Assembly: GCA_025201805.1 (NCBI GenBank)
Contig: MU619244.1
Location: 166,095 to 230,094, forward strand
DNA from: Parasitella parasitica NRRL 2501
Lineage: Eukaryota; Fungi; Mucoromycota
Reading direction: 5' to 3'
Length of the DNA: 64,000 bases
Part shown: piece by piece, positions 23,712-36,247 of the stretch
How positions within the stretch are numbered: position 1 is the first letter of the stretch
Layout of the letters: each line of letters opens with the position of its first letter
The notes under the pieces: model-generated
Told to the model about the DNA's origin: nothing
Database searches by the model: none
What the model saw: the letters and a program-made list of their open reading frames with translations, nothing else
Made by a program: the position numbers and the translations under genes

Positions 23712-24758
23712 TTACTTGGATTCATTTAAAAATGCCTGTTTTTCTTCGTCCTGCTCAATATAAGCAGGAGGTTGGGCCTTCTTATCCCAGATTTGTTCAT
23801 CGCTAGCGTCTTTCTGATCTTCAACAAGAGAAACAGGATCATATGACGATGGCTTAATCAACTCACGAACAGCCAAGAGAATGCCAACAAAGAAGGCAAC
23901 AAGAGCACCGCTAATGAGACCTTGGTTCATTGCCGATGTCTTGTTCCACCAATCTTGAACATCAAAAGATTCACATCCAGGACAGTCGACAATGTTAAAG
24001 ACATCGTCGTTGTTTTCGATTTCAGCAAGGCCAGGCAACATGAAACCAGTAAGAGGGTCAACAGCCCATTTAACAAGCGAGCCATTATCAAACACATCCA
24101 AAATCTGTTGACCAGCCTCAGTCTGGATAACCTTCTGCCCGTTGATTTCAGTGATTGATTCTTGGACACTGATTCTGCGGAAAACCGTGCCGTCCTCAGT
24201 CTTTAATTCGTCCAACACAGTTGCAGTAACGTCAACTGTGACAAGTCCAATGTCGAAACTATCGGCTAACAGAGCAGCATCTTCCTCAGAAGTAATGGCT
24301 AGTTTAGCTGGATTGTTTGCCATCTGAGCCTCAACCTGGATGCTTGATACGCCGATATTGACTGGTCTACCGTTACACATCAACTACCATTATTTTAGGT
24401 TAGAAAAAAAGCATTCTTTCCCTATATGCTAAATGTATGCTTTACATACTTGATTGTCAGCTACATCAAAAGTCACTCGAACAGCCATGACACGCTCGGC
24501 TAAAAGTGAACCATCGTCATCAACCAAATCATCTACTCTTGTGACGGTAACAAAGAGATGCTCATCTCCCTTAGCATTGTATGTGCTTTCTGCAAGGTCG
24601 ACGGATGTAACAGATATATCTTGGAGTGGTGCAGCGATGGTTAAGGTAGCGAGGGCTATTACAGCAGTCAATGTTAAAAGAGATTGCGCAAGCATCTTTT
24701 CATTCAACATACCTAATAAACAAGTAATCGAGAGTAATTTATTAACGTTGAATTTCAT
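23712..24758 (-). CDS. Hypothetical type I membrane / secretory-pathway protein (start uncertain)
   Basis: Signal-like LLTLTAVIALATLTIAAP; intron 24449-24384 (GTATGT..TAG) joins to LMCNGRPV; acidic luminal region; TM GLISGALVAFFVGILLAV; cytosolic tail with YDPV and PPAY. Confidence 0.75.
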
Positions 24759-25269
24759 AGTGAGAATTGATTGAAAGAGAAAGAAAAAGGGAAAAGAGGA
24801 ATAAATAAAAAAAACTTGGCATAAATTTACCCATCGTAAAGGCATCATGTGATGTGCTTGTATTTGTCTCCTTTATGTGTATTGTTTGCAAGAACATTAA
24901 TGATTTATTGTCATTTCGTTGCGTCCGTGTGATTTGATTGTCTACAGTGTACGATAATGCTTATTGTAGCTACTTGCTGACGGACACTCACATCGAACTT
25001 GATTAAACAATCCAATTGATCAATGCTGCGAATCTTGGTATTTTTCGCCGAAAATGAGCAGCTGACAGCAGAATTACTGCACACAATATTCGTTATAGTA
25101 CCGTATCTATCTTTTAGTAGCAAAATACAGGGGACTTGTAACTATGACCCAAATTTAGCGGATAACAGTGCGAATGTAAGTACGATAGAAGAGCAGAATA
25201 AGCCCGGAAATATATAAATAGACTAGCGTCTATCAGGAGTGCGCACCGTATATAAATCGATGGATGCAA

Positions 25270-25870
25270 ATCTCTCTGTATATTGCAATACCAGCGGGTT
25301 TCATCATCAGCACAAAACTTTGATGTTTTCACCGAGCACAAGCAAACATTAGAGCCTTTCTTGGAAAAACGGTATCCTTGCGTTTGTTTACGGATGATAC
25401 AAATATAACCTGGTAAAACATCTGAATACGTCTAATTGTGTCTTTCAGCCCTAGATTGGCTTTGACCTATTTTGAATGTTTTCTACAGGAAGGTTGTTCA
25501 ACATTTGTGGTTTTCGTGCTGCTAGAAGCCAGTTTAATCAAAGTAGACAAAGAGCTCCAGGGGCGATGATAAATATGCTATCAATTGTTGGTGCTAAATA
25601 CAACAGAAAGAAAGAGAAAAAAAGCATAGGTTGGATTGAATGATAAGAAAAGAAAGTGAGCAACAGCAATATGGAAAATAGATGTTGCACTTTTTATATA
25701 CGTCAAATGCTTTATAATCATAAGTGTGTATATACTTTATGAAATAAACAAGTTGAAGCCTTCAAGTTTTTCAGAATGAAGATTTACATTGCGGCGTTCT
25801 GAAATAAGGTGATGGCTTACAAATAGAGGAGTTGCTCGCATCTAGGATTTACAATCGATGCATCACCACA
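25270..25870 (+). mobile_element. Possible very old LINE reverse-transcriptase remnant
   Basis: With frameshifts it reads IP.GSSSAQNFDVF (PQG..LSP.LF-like), NGILAFVY-DDT (YADD-like), and later HLGFTID (YLG-like), in the expected order. Confidence 0.35.
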
Positions 25871-27356
25871 ACAATTTGCCAACGAGAATAAATACGGCTG
25901 AAAATATGATGCTTGTTTGAATGGGTCTTGGTAGGCACCAAAAAATGTTGAGCATTAAACGTCTTCAATGATATTTCCTGCATAAAAGCCAGCGTTCAGA
26001 AATCAACCAAAGGCATTCAGGAACAGGAAATTCAGCTCCTACGATGGCGATGATCTATTTTCAGATTATACATCCAGGAACTGCCCAATTTACCGAATAT
26101 TGCCAAAAAATTTGAAACCAATTTGACCATATGTTTGAAGCTAAATTCAATTTCTTGAAATAAATCGACCAGCTTGTAATATTGAGTTGACTAGCTTGTA
26201 ATATTGAGTTGACCAGCTTTTTGACTTTTTATTCTCCAAATTTTTCAAATGAATTTCTTTTACGAAGACGGTAGAGGTGAAATAGTGGACGAGTCTAGCA
26301 ATGAAGCAGCTGCTTTTTGTTATAAACCTGTCATTCAGACCGACAAAATTGACAAATCTGCATAAAATATATCAAAAATAAAAAAGATAGTCGAGGAAGA
26401 ACCGAAAGACACTGATATGCAGTTGCAGTCTACAAAAAAGATTTAGATCACAACATCCCTACTACTTTAAGGAGCTAAGATTCGAAAAGATCGACTTTTT
26501 GGTCATCCTGTACTTGTACAGTAATTGAGTTGATGGGCCAGCGCAGTTTAACTGTAAGAGTTATTCCAAAAAGTTTCGAATTGTAAAGATAATCGTATGC
26601 ATGTCTATCAAAAGAGTGAGAAAAGAGGTGTTAAATGAAGAGCACCTTCAGTCGACGACCTTAATTATATAATAAATTTAATGCTGTTAGTGCTGTTTCG
26701 TTGTGATTGGCGAACTGTTGTTTTTAATTTCACGTTTAGGGAGTTGTCTCCAATGGTTTCAAGTAGTTTTGAAAAAAGATTCGTATGAAGGATTGATATC
26801 AAAATGTATGATTTGAATAATAAAAAATTCTGTGTGTATATGGCCAAAGAAAGCAGCAACCCAGTGTACATGTTCCTTTGATTTCGAATAGCACAAGGTT
26901 GGATTTTTGATTTGGACCTGGTTGGGCAATGCAATTGATAGAAAAGTGGCGGGAGAATTTCTCTGATTGGTCGGAATATACGCATATAGCGTCAGAATCT
27001 ATAAAAATGTGCGTAACGTGCGGTTTTCAACCTTTTATTTTACATTACTTGTAGAAAAATTGATTGAAACTTTGCAAGACAAAAATTCGACAATATAATA
27101 ACGTGTTTTTCTATAAATTCTCAATTAATCAAGGGCGATGACCAAGTAATACAACTCGTTAATAACAATTAAGCTAAAAGAATTATGCAATGCTCATCAT
27201 AGCGTATAATACCAACAAAAAAAAGCAGATCTACTTTATTATCAACAGTGTATCATGGACATGAATAACGGGGGGAAATTTGATTTCAGCCTCTTGATTC
27301 TGCAGTGGAAAATAATCAGAAATTGAATGATAAATCGATTGTATAAAAAAGACTAC

Positions 27357-27816
27357 CTATTGGGAAGCAAAGGTCAAGTGGCACTTGCCACAGTAATGTC
27401 TATCCTTGTGCTTTGGCTATAAAGACACCAGCACTACAAGTAGCATTAGCGCACTCGTGACGAAGGCAAGTAATCTTGCCGGATTCATCAACCTTGTACA
27501 TCTTCAAGAAGGCCAGCTTGACCTTATTACGCTAGTGCTTGATCTTCTTGGAGGTAGTATAGGTCTCCTTCTTTCTCTTCTTACCACCAGCAAGGAGCTC
27601 AGCGTTGAGGTGAAGGGTAGCGTTGTCTTGAACACCGTAGTGTGCAAGGATATCGGTGTTTTGGAGAGATTTGCCTATAAAGAAAAGTGTCTATTGAAAT
27701 TCGACATCGATATCTTAACGGGCAGCAATCATGAACTTGAAATTTTCTACAAAGGTAGAAGGAGTAACGTCCAAAGCGAGGGAGTTGCCTGCAAGGGACT
27801 TGGCAATGAGTTGCAT
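27357..27816 (-). pseudogene. RPS31: Intronless pseudogene of a ubiquitin-like-eS31 (RPS27a) fusion
   Basis: [91 protein letters not shown]; three stops and a +1 frameshift. Confidence 0.93.
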
Positions 27817-28022
27817 TGTAAAGCAAGCATATGAGTTACGAGAGCTTGCTTTCGCCGCTTTGTTGGCCATCATTTAATTGTTTTTGGCTATCGACCTATC
27901 TGATGGAAAAAGGTTAAGCAGTCGTTTCTTGGTACAGGTACAGACATCGTGGCTTGATGCGTGTAGATGAACCCAGAGCAAACGAATTGCTATGCCATTT
28001 GCATTAACAGACACCTCTAATT

Positions 28023-28334
28023 ATGGGACCCAAATATGAACCTCGTTCCAAGATTTATGATTTAGACCCAATTGAAGCCGATGATGAAATTGACTTGGTA
28101 ACTACGAAAGAAATAACATGCGCATAGCAGAAAAGACTGATTAACCCTACCACTAACAGGAAATGAGTAGACTTTACGCGGACTACCGCAGCGTGGCCAA
28201 GAATAAATCTGAAATAGAGCTTCACAACTACCTTCAGGACAAAGCTTCGCAGAACAAAAAAGAATACTACGAGGTGGTATCTGCACTGCTATATGGAGCA
28301 TTGACAGAAGCAGAGAATACACGCATGGTAATCT

Positions 28335-28372
<38 letters not shown>

Positions 28373-31073
28373 GCCTAAAATCAACATTTTATTATAGTTC
28401 TTTCAATCAATAGCATCAGTCAACCGAGACAACTATTTTGTACTGATTCAGAAACTGCAATCAATCTTGATATCTGTGAAATTCCAGTATCTACGACCTC
28501 AGGCTCGAGACCAAATGTTCTGGCTTATAAGCGAACTGACAAACCTCGGAGTACAGCATGTGGATAGTCTATACATGATTTTAATGAGACAGATTCGAGG
28601 TGGAGACACCAGCCAGCCCAACGCCATGTTATGCGACCGTATACTTCGATTATTTGAACTGCATAAATCATGGCTGGAGACAAATCCCAAAGTGATACCT
28701 CTTGCAGTGTACACTTACCTCAGAGCAATTGCAGACCATCGGACATCTCAGTTACAGCCATTGCAGCAGAAAGAGATTCGTTTTGTACACATGATGATGA
28801 GAGAGAAATGGATGCATTGTGTTCCTATAGGCAGAGATTTGGTTCGTGTATTGTTCGATCTATCTACTATGCCTGACTTCTCTCAGATTTGGGATGATTT
28901 GTTGAACAATCCTCAAAAGCTGTCGCCAAAGTTTGGAGGTGTGCAAACCATGCTTAAATCGCCTACACCGAAAGACTTTTTAAAGTGTAGATTGACACCA
29001 GACATTGAGCAAAAACTTCTCTTTATGCTTCAAAAGGTAAGTCGTCTTTTGTCTCTTTTTTTTTTTTTTTCACAGACGTCTTAAATCCATGGGTTCACAA
29101 TGTTAGCTTCGCATAAATCACTTTCAAAAAAACTTAAACTGGTTCATCCAGAGATTCCTAAGCACGCCAGAAGCCGAGCCTTTCTATGTGGACATTGTAA
29201 GATATCTGGTAGCTGGTTGGTATCCCTCGAATCAAATTTTGCAGAGCGACATTGTGCCTCGCTATGTCGTTATTGGCAGCATGATTAGAACCATCAAAAG
29301 CAATGTAGTAGCTGCTAATGTTAGAACAGCATTGATTTTCGACTGGCTGTTCTTCAAGCCTACTGATAACATCATGTTTATTGGTAAGTCTCTCAAGTGC
29401 AAATGCATTTATCGGATCCTAATCTCGCCACACTAGAACCTGCAATGTTGCTTATGGAGAGATCGGCTGAACGATATCCATTGATCACAGCCAACCTGAT
29501 GGAATTCCTAAAATATTCTGTAGACAGGTACTTTCCGCCAATGAAGGACTACATGGCTCAATGTGTTGCTTGCGGCATGCGCGTACTCTTATCGAAAGGT
29601 GTTATCCGTAGTTTACTGCCCATTTATCGATGCCCTGCCACAGAGCCAGTGACAAAGGAATACATGCAGGAACTATTTTCAGAATTCTTGGTCGAAGACG
29701 GCCCCCAACAAACACAAGTCCCCCCTTCATTGCCTTCTTCTGTCACAATGCACGCTTTTGCTCCACTGCCACCACCATCTTCAGTAACTGTGGAGAAAAA
29801 TGCTTCTAAAACAGAGTCTGCTGAACTGCCATCTGAACTAGATGATGGAGAAATAGAAGAAGGGGAAGAGACTGACCCTCAAGTAACGGCGAAATCGATC
29901 AACGAGGACGAAGACGAAGACGAAGATGCGTATCTTTATGGTGAATCAGAGGAAAGTGTCAGAAATGAGCTTACCCAAGAGGATGAAGATATGGAAGTAG
30001 ACTCTGAGGAGGCCCCTCCAGCGTCAACACCCGGAGCTGATGCTAATAATGATGAAAACAGAGTTGAGGAAGTTAACATGGCGGATGCCAACGAAGAGGA
30101 GCAAATGGCCACAGACGATGATTATGAACAAGACGATGAATCTGCAGAAGGCCTTCAAAGCAATCAGTCGTACTGGATTTTTGGAGATTCTTTAAATCGA
30201 TTCAAAGAGGCCTGTATCGCAGTCAAAGCTGCTCAGAAAGGCGCAGATCTTGAGGAGTACAATGTCCAAATCCTGATTGTGAAGAGAAGCTTGAAAGAGA
30301 TTTTGGCTGTGTTTTTAAGAATAGTAAGCATTTGCAAGTTTATCCCGCATATCGAGTGCCTGATGGTATGAATTAGGCTATACCCGCAGAGACATTGGCT
30401 ATCACAGTTGGACCATCCATTCGAAATATGATAGTATCCGATTTATTAAGTCATATCACAACAGCCACCGCAGCAGATGACGATGACAGCATTCTGAGAG
30501 ACGCCAAAAAGGATGCGCTTGATCTTATCATGTATACTTTCTGGAATGTGCGTACAGTAGATGCTTCTAGAGACAAACTTGTTCGTTTGATTGGGTGCAT
30601 TGCTCATGGTAACAAGAAAAAAGGAAGGCGACATATTATAGGTATGCGCTGGTGGGCTTTCATGGCTGCGTAAGTGTCATTAAACATGTAGAATGTCGCT
30701 TTTATATCAACAAACTGTCGATAGTCAACTGCAAATGGACGCCGACAGCGAGGCTAGTCCTGATGCATGGTTTTCAAGCATCTTAAGCAACTACGAAACG
30801 TATGTCTTGCATGCCTATACTCTAGAGGAATCAGAAATGGATCAATCTGATTATTTCAAAGAATATCTGCGAGGTGACCTTGAGGTAAAAGGCCAAACGC
30901 TTTGATTTTTCACACAATCAGGACACTCATTGTGTTGCACATAGATGCTTGCGGAATACAATATTGCTTTATTTAATACGATTATTCCTCTAATCTATCG
31001 ATATTTGCCTGAGGCATCTGTAGGGAACACAGAATTGTTAAAGATCACCCTCCTTGCACTATTACCAGATGCT
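28023..31073 (+). CDS. INTS3: Integrator complex subunit 3 / SOSS-A homolog (multi-exon; 3' end lost in gap)
   Basis: VNRDNY, LMRQIRGGDTS..NAMLC, AVYTYLRAIADH, IGRDLVRVL, LLNNPQKLSPKF, FLKCRLTPDIEQKL, DIVRYL...YPSNQILQSDIVPRY.VIG, ALIFDWLFF..DNIMFI|EPAMLLM. First exons 28023-28097, 28160-28327, 28398-29036. Confidence 0.9.
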
Positions 31074-31112
31074 GTAAGTTGAATGGTTTGTTTGTATATA
31101 ATGATATTCATA

Positions 31113-32071
31113 NNNNNNNNNNNNNNNNNNNNNNNNNNNNNNNNNNNNNNNNNNNNNNNNNNNNNNNNNNNNNNNNNNNNNNNNNNNNNNNNNNNNNNNN
31201 NNNNNNNNNNNNNNNNNNNNNNNNNNNNNNNNNNNNNNNNNNNNNNNNNNNNNNNNNNNNNNNNNNNNNNNNNNNNNNNNNNNNNNNNNNNNNNNNNNNN
31301 NNNNNNNNNNNNNNNNNNNNNNNNNNNNNNNNNNNNNNNNNNNNNNNNNNNNNNNNNNNNNNNNNNNNNNNNNNNNNNNNNNNNNNNNNNNNNNNNNNNN
31401 NNNNNNNNNNNNNNNNNNNNNNNNNNNNNNNNNNNNNNNNNNNNNNNNNNNNNNNNNNNNNNNNNNNNNNNNNNNNNNNNNNNNNNNNNNNNNNNNNNNN
31501 NNNNNNNNNNNNNNNNNNNNNNNNNNNNNNNNNNNNNNNNNNNNNNNNNNNNNNNNNNNNNNNNNNNNNNNNNNNNNNNNNNNNNNNNNNNNNNNNNNNN
31601 NNNNNNNNNNNNNNNNNNNNNNNNNNNNNNNNNNNNNNNNNNNNNNNNNNNNNNNNNNNNNNNNNNNNNNNNNNNNNNNNNNNNNNNNNNNNNNNNNNNN
31701 NNNNNNNNNNNNNNNNNNNNNNNNNNNNNNNNNNNNNNNNNNNNNNNNNNNNNNNNNNNNNNNNNNNNNNNNNNNNNNNNNNNNNNNNNNNNNNNNNNNN
31801 NNNNNNNNNNNNNNNNNNNNNNNNNNNNNNNNNNNNNNNNNNNNNNNNNNNNNNNNNNNNNNNNNNNNNNNNNNNNNNNNNNNNNNNNNNNNNNNNNNNN
31901 NNNNNNNNNNNNNNNNNNNNNNNNNNNNNNNNNNNNNNNNNNNNNNNNNNNNNNNNNNNNNNNNNNNNNNNNNNNNNNNNNNNNNNNNNNNNNNNNNNNN
32001 NNNNNNNNNNNNNNNNNNNNNNNNNNNNNNNNNNNNNNNNNNNNNNNNNNNNNNNNNNNNNNNNNNNNNNN
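31113..32071. other. Assembly gap (N run)
   Basis: Run of N. Confidence 1.
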
Positions 32072-32692
32072 NTAAATAACACAGCCTGATTATATGCTGG
32101 TGTATTATATGCTTTTGTGCATTCGCAAAGATGAGAAACGAATAATAAAAGTCATGTTCTAAAACTAATTTCTGTGGTAGAAAAAAATATATCTGTTTAT
32201 TGTACAATGTAAACAAAATCCATCCAAGAGTGGCAGCGTTCAAGTTGTTCCTGATACATGTAACACAAATTCCGCAATGCTTCCTGGGCGCAATCGTTGA
32301 TGCATTTGTATGCATTCACTGATTAAATATTGGCTGAATCCTATATGTATTATTCTAACGAAATGATACACCACCTACATACGTGTAATATTCCTAATCG
32401 AGTATCCAAATTGTATGAACAAATGCGCTAGTTTGATTGAAGAAATCTGCTCCCATGTGTGGTTGCACATGTCATTTTATATATAGATTCTATCTACCCA
32501 TTTTACGTAAACGCTGGACATTAATGTTATTTTTACATATACTAGATGCACAGCCATCAATGTTTAAGTGGGGCTGTAGCAAATTAGCCCGTCAATAGGC
32601 TAACATGCAGAAAAAACAAATGGCATTCTCTATTTAAACAGGACGATAATCAAGCTTTTTCACTTCAGATATATTACTATTAAACATAGAAA

Positions 32693-33754
32693 ATGATAGA
32701 ATACAAAGATCAACAAGTAAAGCCTTCAAAATATGCCGTAGTCCGATGGTTTGGATTTGACCAGTTTGTGCCAGAGCGAGCTGTCACCTCATATTGGGTA
32801 TCACCCAAAGCGCTCTTTATCATTCGATTACTGCTAGCTCTATATACAACAATTGTTTTCTGGACATTTCTCGCGTTGACAGCCGTATTTTCTGATCTGA
32901 GACGCTTTTTCTCTGCATTTACAACTTTGACATTCATTGGTCTCCATGGTTACCTTATTGTAAGTTCGCACATTTGTTCAATTCATGATTTATTCCTCAT
33001 TTTTTTTTTCGAATTAATGCAGACCGCCTGCGTACATCTTTTCCGCTATTTAAGACATAAAAACGTGGATTTCTTACTGAATCAGGCGCCTATATTGAGC
33101 TACCTCTACATGTATCTATACAGCACAATTATTACATTCAAGTAAGTGATGTGTGATTATTGTCCAACCTTGTACGATACTTATATAGTATATAGTATCT
33201 TGACACCTGCCGTATTTTGGTCCATCTTGAATAATGAGGCATTTTGGGTTCGTTTTACTGCTGAGGTTGGGCAAGTGCCACCTATTATCATAATGTGGAT
33301 CAATGTTTCCGTGCATGGCGTTACATTTTTCATAATGTTTATCGATGTCATCTTTAATCGAATGAAGATGCCTATTCGACTGGTGCTATTTGTATTCTTC
33401 ACTGTAGTATTTTACATGTGTCTGGCCTTTATTATATTTGCTACGTAAGTTTTTAAATGTGCATACATGCGCATGTACCTGTCCAAATAACGAAAAACTT
33501 ACATTTTGCATTTGCTTTCTTGCCTCGTAAATAGTACCGATCGTTGGGTTTATCCGTTCCTAGACTGGAGTAAAGGTCCTTCGGCAGCCATTTGGTACAT
33601 TGCTGTTGCTGGAATTGTGGTAGTGGGTTTTTTTATTATGGTATTTCTTCACTGGTTTCGAGACGTTATAGCTAGAAAAGTGGGCAGAGCTGCCGTATGT
33701 CCAATATGTCCAATGCCTGAAGAAGCAAAGCACTTTTTAACCAGTCAGGTTTGA
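32693..33754 (+). CDS. Multi-pass membrane protein, FAR-17a/AIG1- or rolling-stone-like (4 exons)
   Basis: VTSYWVSP..LFIIRLLLALY, FFSAFTTLTFIGL..Y, LYSTIITF|.IL.PAVFWSIL, NVSVHGV, WVYPFLDW; conserved Thr/His pattern. Introns begin at 32960, ~33142 and ~33445. Confidence 0.75.
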
Positions 33755-33974
33755 ATAGAATATAGTATATAGTGTGTAGATCAACTTTGTAGAATAAATT
33801 CAAAAACAGTTTTCTTTGAACGACGGGGATGTATGAAGAGGGTTCTCCCCAATGCACATTTGATCCCGTTTGTCCCAAAGTGCTAAACTTTTTCACTGTT
33901 ATCACGTGCTATTGGTGTTTAATTATATCGATCAAAGGGACAAATTTCTTTTTCTCTTTTTTCAAACACTCAAA

Positions 33975-35795
33975 ATGTTAGATCAAGGGGTTCCTTTGAG
34001 GCCTTTTCACCTGCGAATACTATTTCCACATCTACTAACTTTACCTAAAACTGATCCAAGAAGATCGAAAGCGCCTAATGCAATCACACAATCCAAGGCT
34101 ATTGACCTGGAGCTCTACACTTATTTTGCGCTATTACTACGAGACTTTATACACCCTTGGTACAAGCTTTTATCAACAGACGATGATCTCAGTGCTGAAA
34201 TAATAGAAATTTTGACCCTTATTGTACAAAAACTGGAAAAAAGACTATGCTTAAAGGTATATTTTTATGTAATTTTTTTTTCTTGCTTTTTACTTTTTGG
34301 AGGTAACACCAGGAGCAGGTAGATTGGACTGAGCTGATATTGCTTGATCTGCCTAAATTGCTGTCCCTGCATTACCATGACTACAGGCAAGCCAAACAGC
34401 GGATGTACATGGACCATGGCAGTGGCAGCAGCTCACTTGTCGACTTGTTTCATGGGATGCAGCCTCACTTTGCGCTACAGCCTGTTGAAAATAGAGAGAA
34501 AGAATATTTGGCTGCATTGACCGAATCACTGCTCAACATTTTGCTAGAGCCGAAAGATTACAAAAGTGATTGTGTTCGACACTTGGTGAGAGAGATACTC
34601 TCCAACCTGGTGCTATTTAATTTAATAGAAGCATTAGCGGATCCTTATACCATGCACATGATCATCTGCAAAGTAATGTAGTCGCTGCTTCAAAGAAATT
34701 AATCGTCCTGTGTCTCATTTTTCAACAAACAGCTGCTAGGGTCATACGAAGCAACTTTGGACGAATTGGAAGCATCAGCTCAGTTTCAAGAAACTTATTT
34801 TAGTGCCCTTACAAACGGTCAATCACCACATGTCTTGGAGCAAGAGACGAAAAGCCCTCAGTTTGTGAGCAGTAATGATGCAAAGCATGCGGCTGCTTTT
34901 ACTACTAGTACTACTAGTACTACTACTAGTACTACTGCTGCTGCTGCTGCTGCTATTATGACCAAAAAGGAACAGGAAGCTGAAAGCTTAACAAAGCAAA
35001 TGCAACGATTACAAGAAGAACGTCGGAAAAAGGAAGGCAAGTCAGGGCAAGAAATATTAGAGGAGGAACTCCCTCAGCAGGAGCCTCAAGAGCCTAGAAA
35101 AAGATTTTCCTTTGCGTACATTACACTGCAAGTTCTGCTAGCGCCATTCCGGACGTTTTGGATGTATATAATGGCAACCATGTCGCAATCGCAGGAGCAC
35201 TACCATAGAGTAAATCAGTACAAGAAGAGAACTCGTCAAGTGCGACTCGTCGAGCCAATTATGGACTTGATTTTCAGAGCGTGTCAAGTGGAAGAGAGGC
35301 CTGTTCTACAATGGGCATGGCAAATGATGGCCATGTTCTTCTGGCCGCTAGTTCGAGTCTTTGGCGGTGGTCTCCTGATTGACAAGTTTTTGGAACAAGC
35401 AGTGCTCCATGTGTTGAGCGAAGATCATATTGTGTTTTACCTTCGACTGGGGAGTGATTTGCTGTGGCCAGATGGTGTTTTTCTTCAGAGGTCTGATCCG
35501 CCTACACCGCTCCAAAGAGAGCAGATGAGAGAAAGAGCAGAACGGTTGTTGACGGTTGCGATCCCAGGTAAGTGGTTGTGATGGAGACAGTTGGCCACTC
35601 GTTTTGCTGATACCAACTGTATGTTTAGCTAATGCTGGAAGTGTCTTGTTTGGGACGAAAGACTTGAATCAGCTGCAAAACCATGTTCATGATATCCTTG
35701 AGCCTGTGCAAAATAAGCAGATAAATAAGCATCTGTTATACTTGCTTGTGGACCTGATATTGACCAAAGTATTACCTGAATTGCTGGTAAAATGA
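33975..35795 (+). CDS. PXA + PXC (Nexin_C) domain protein of the Mdm1/SNX-RGS family, with no obvious PX domain
   Basis: PXA: IDLELYTYFALLLRDFIHPWYKLLSTD..HFAL..EKEYL..LL.P.DYKSDCVRHLVREILSNLV..LADP. PXC: LLWPDG..A.RLL..IP..LEPVQNKQINKHLLYLLVDLILTKVLPEL. Three introns (~34257, ~34673, ~35568). Confidence 0.85.
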
Positions 35796-36247
35796 CAATA
35801 TCGATCCGTGGTCTAATATATAATAATTTACATTGTACCATACTCTGCACATATCCAATAAAAGCACATTTTACATTGCAAATGTGCGCGCTTCCAACCA
35901 GCATTTATGCAAGGTCAAAGCTGATGAAATGAAATGCATCCCGTTAAAAAAAAAAGAAAGAGAGAGAGAGACTTCTAATGCATTAGACCCACTGTTCAAA
36001 TGCGGTTTCACTAGATGTCTGCAGACCATGTCAACAGGCACACACTGCTGGAGAATTATACTGACCTTCAACTCGCGTTTTACCTATTTACCGTTTCTCC
36101 CTTTATCTTCCATCAAAAAACGGCTACAGTATAAATTTTGTGACCTCACACAATTCACAGTTGAAAGTCAACATGGCTGTAAACTCGCTTTTATCTCTTC
36201 TCTTTATAACTTTCTACTACTGGCTTTGGGACGTATTCGACACAGAG

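Noticed and set aside
26168-26217. 22-bp tandem repeat (gaccagcttgtaatattgagtt, about 2.3 copies)
   Set aside because: Simple slippage duplication with no further structure.
27406-27834. 142-aa plus-strand ORF
   Set aside because: Antisense shadow of the ubiquitin-like-eS31 pseudogene.
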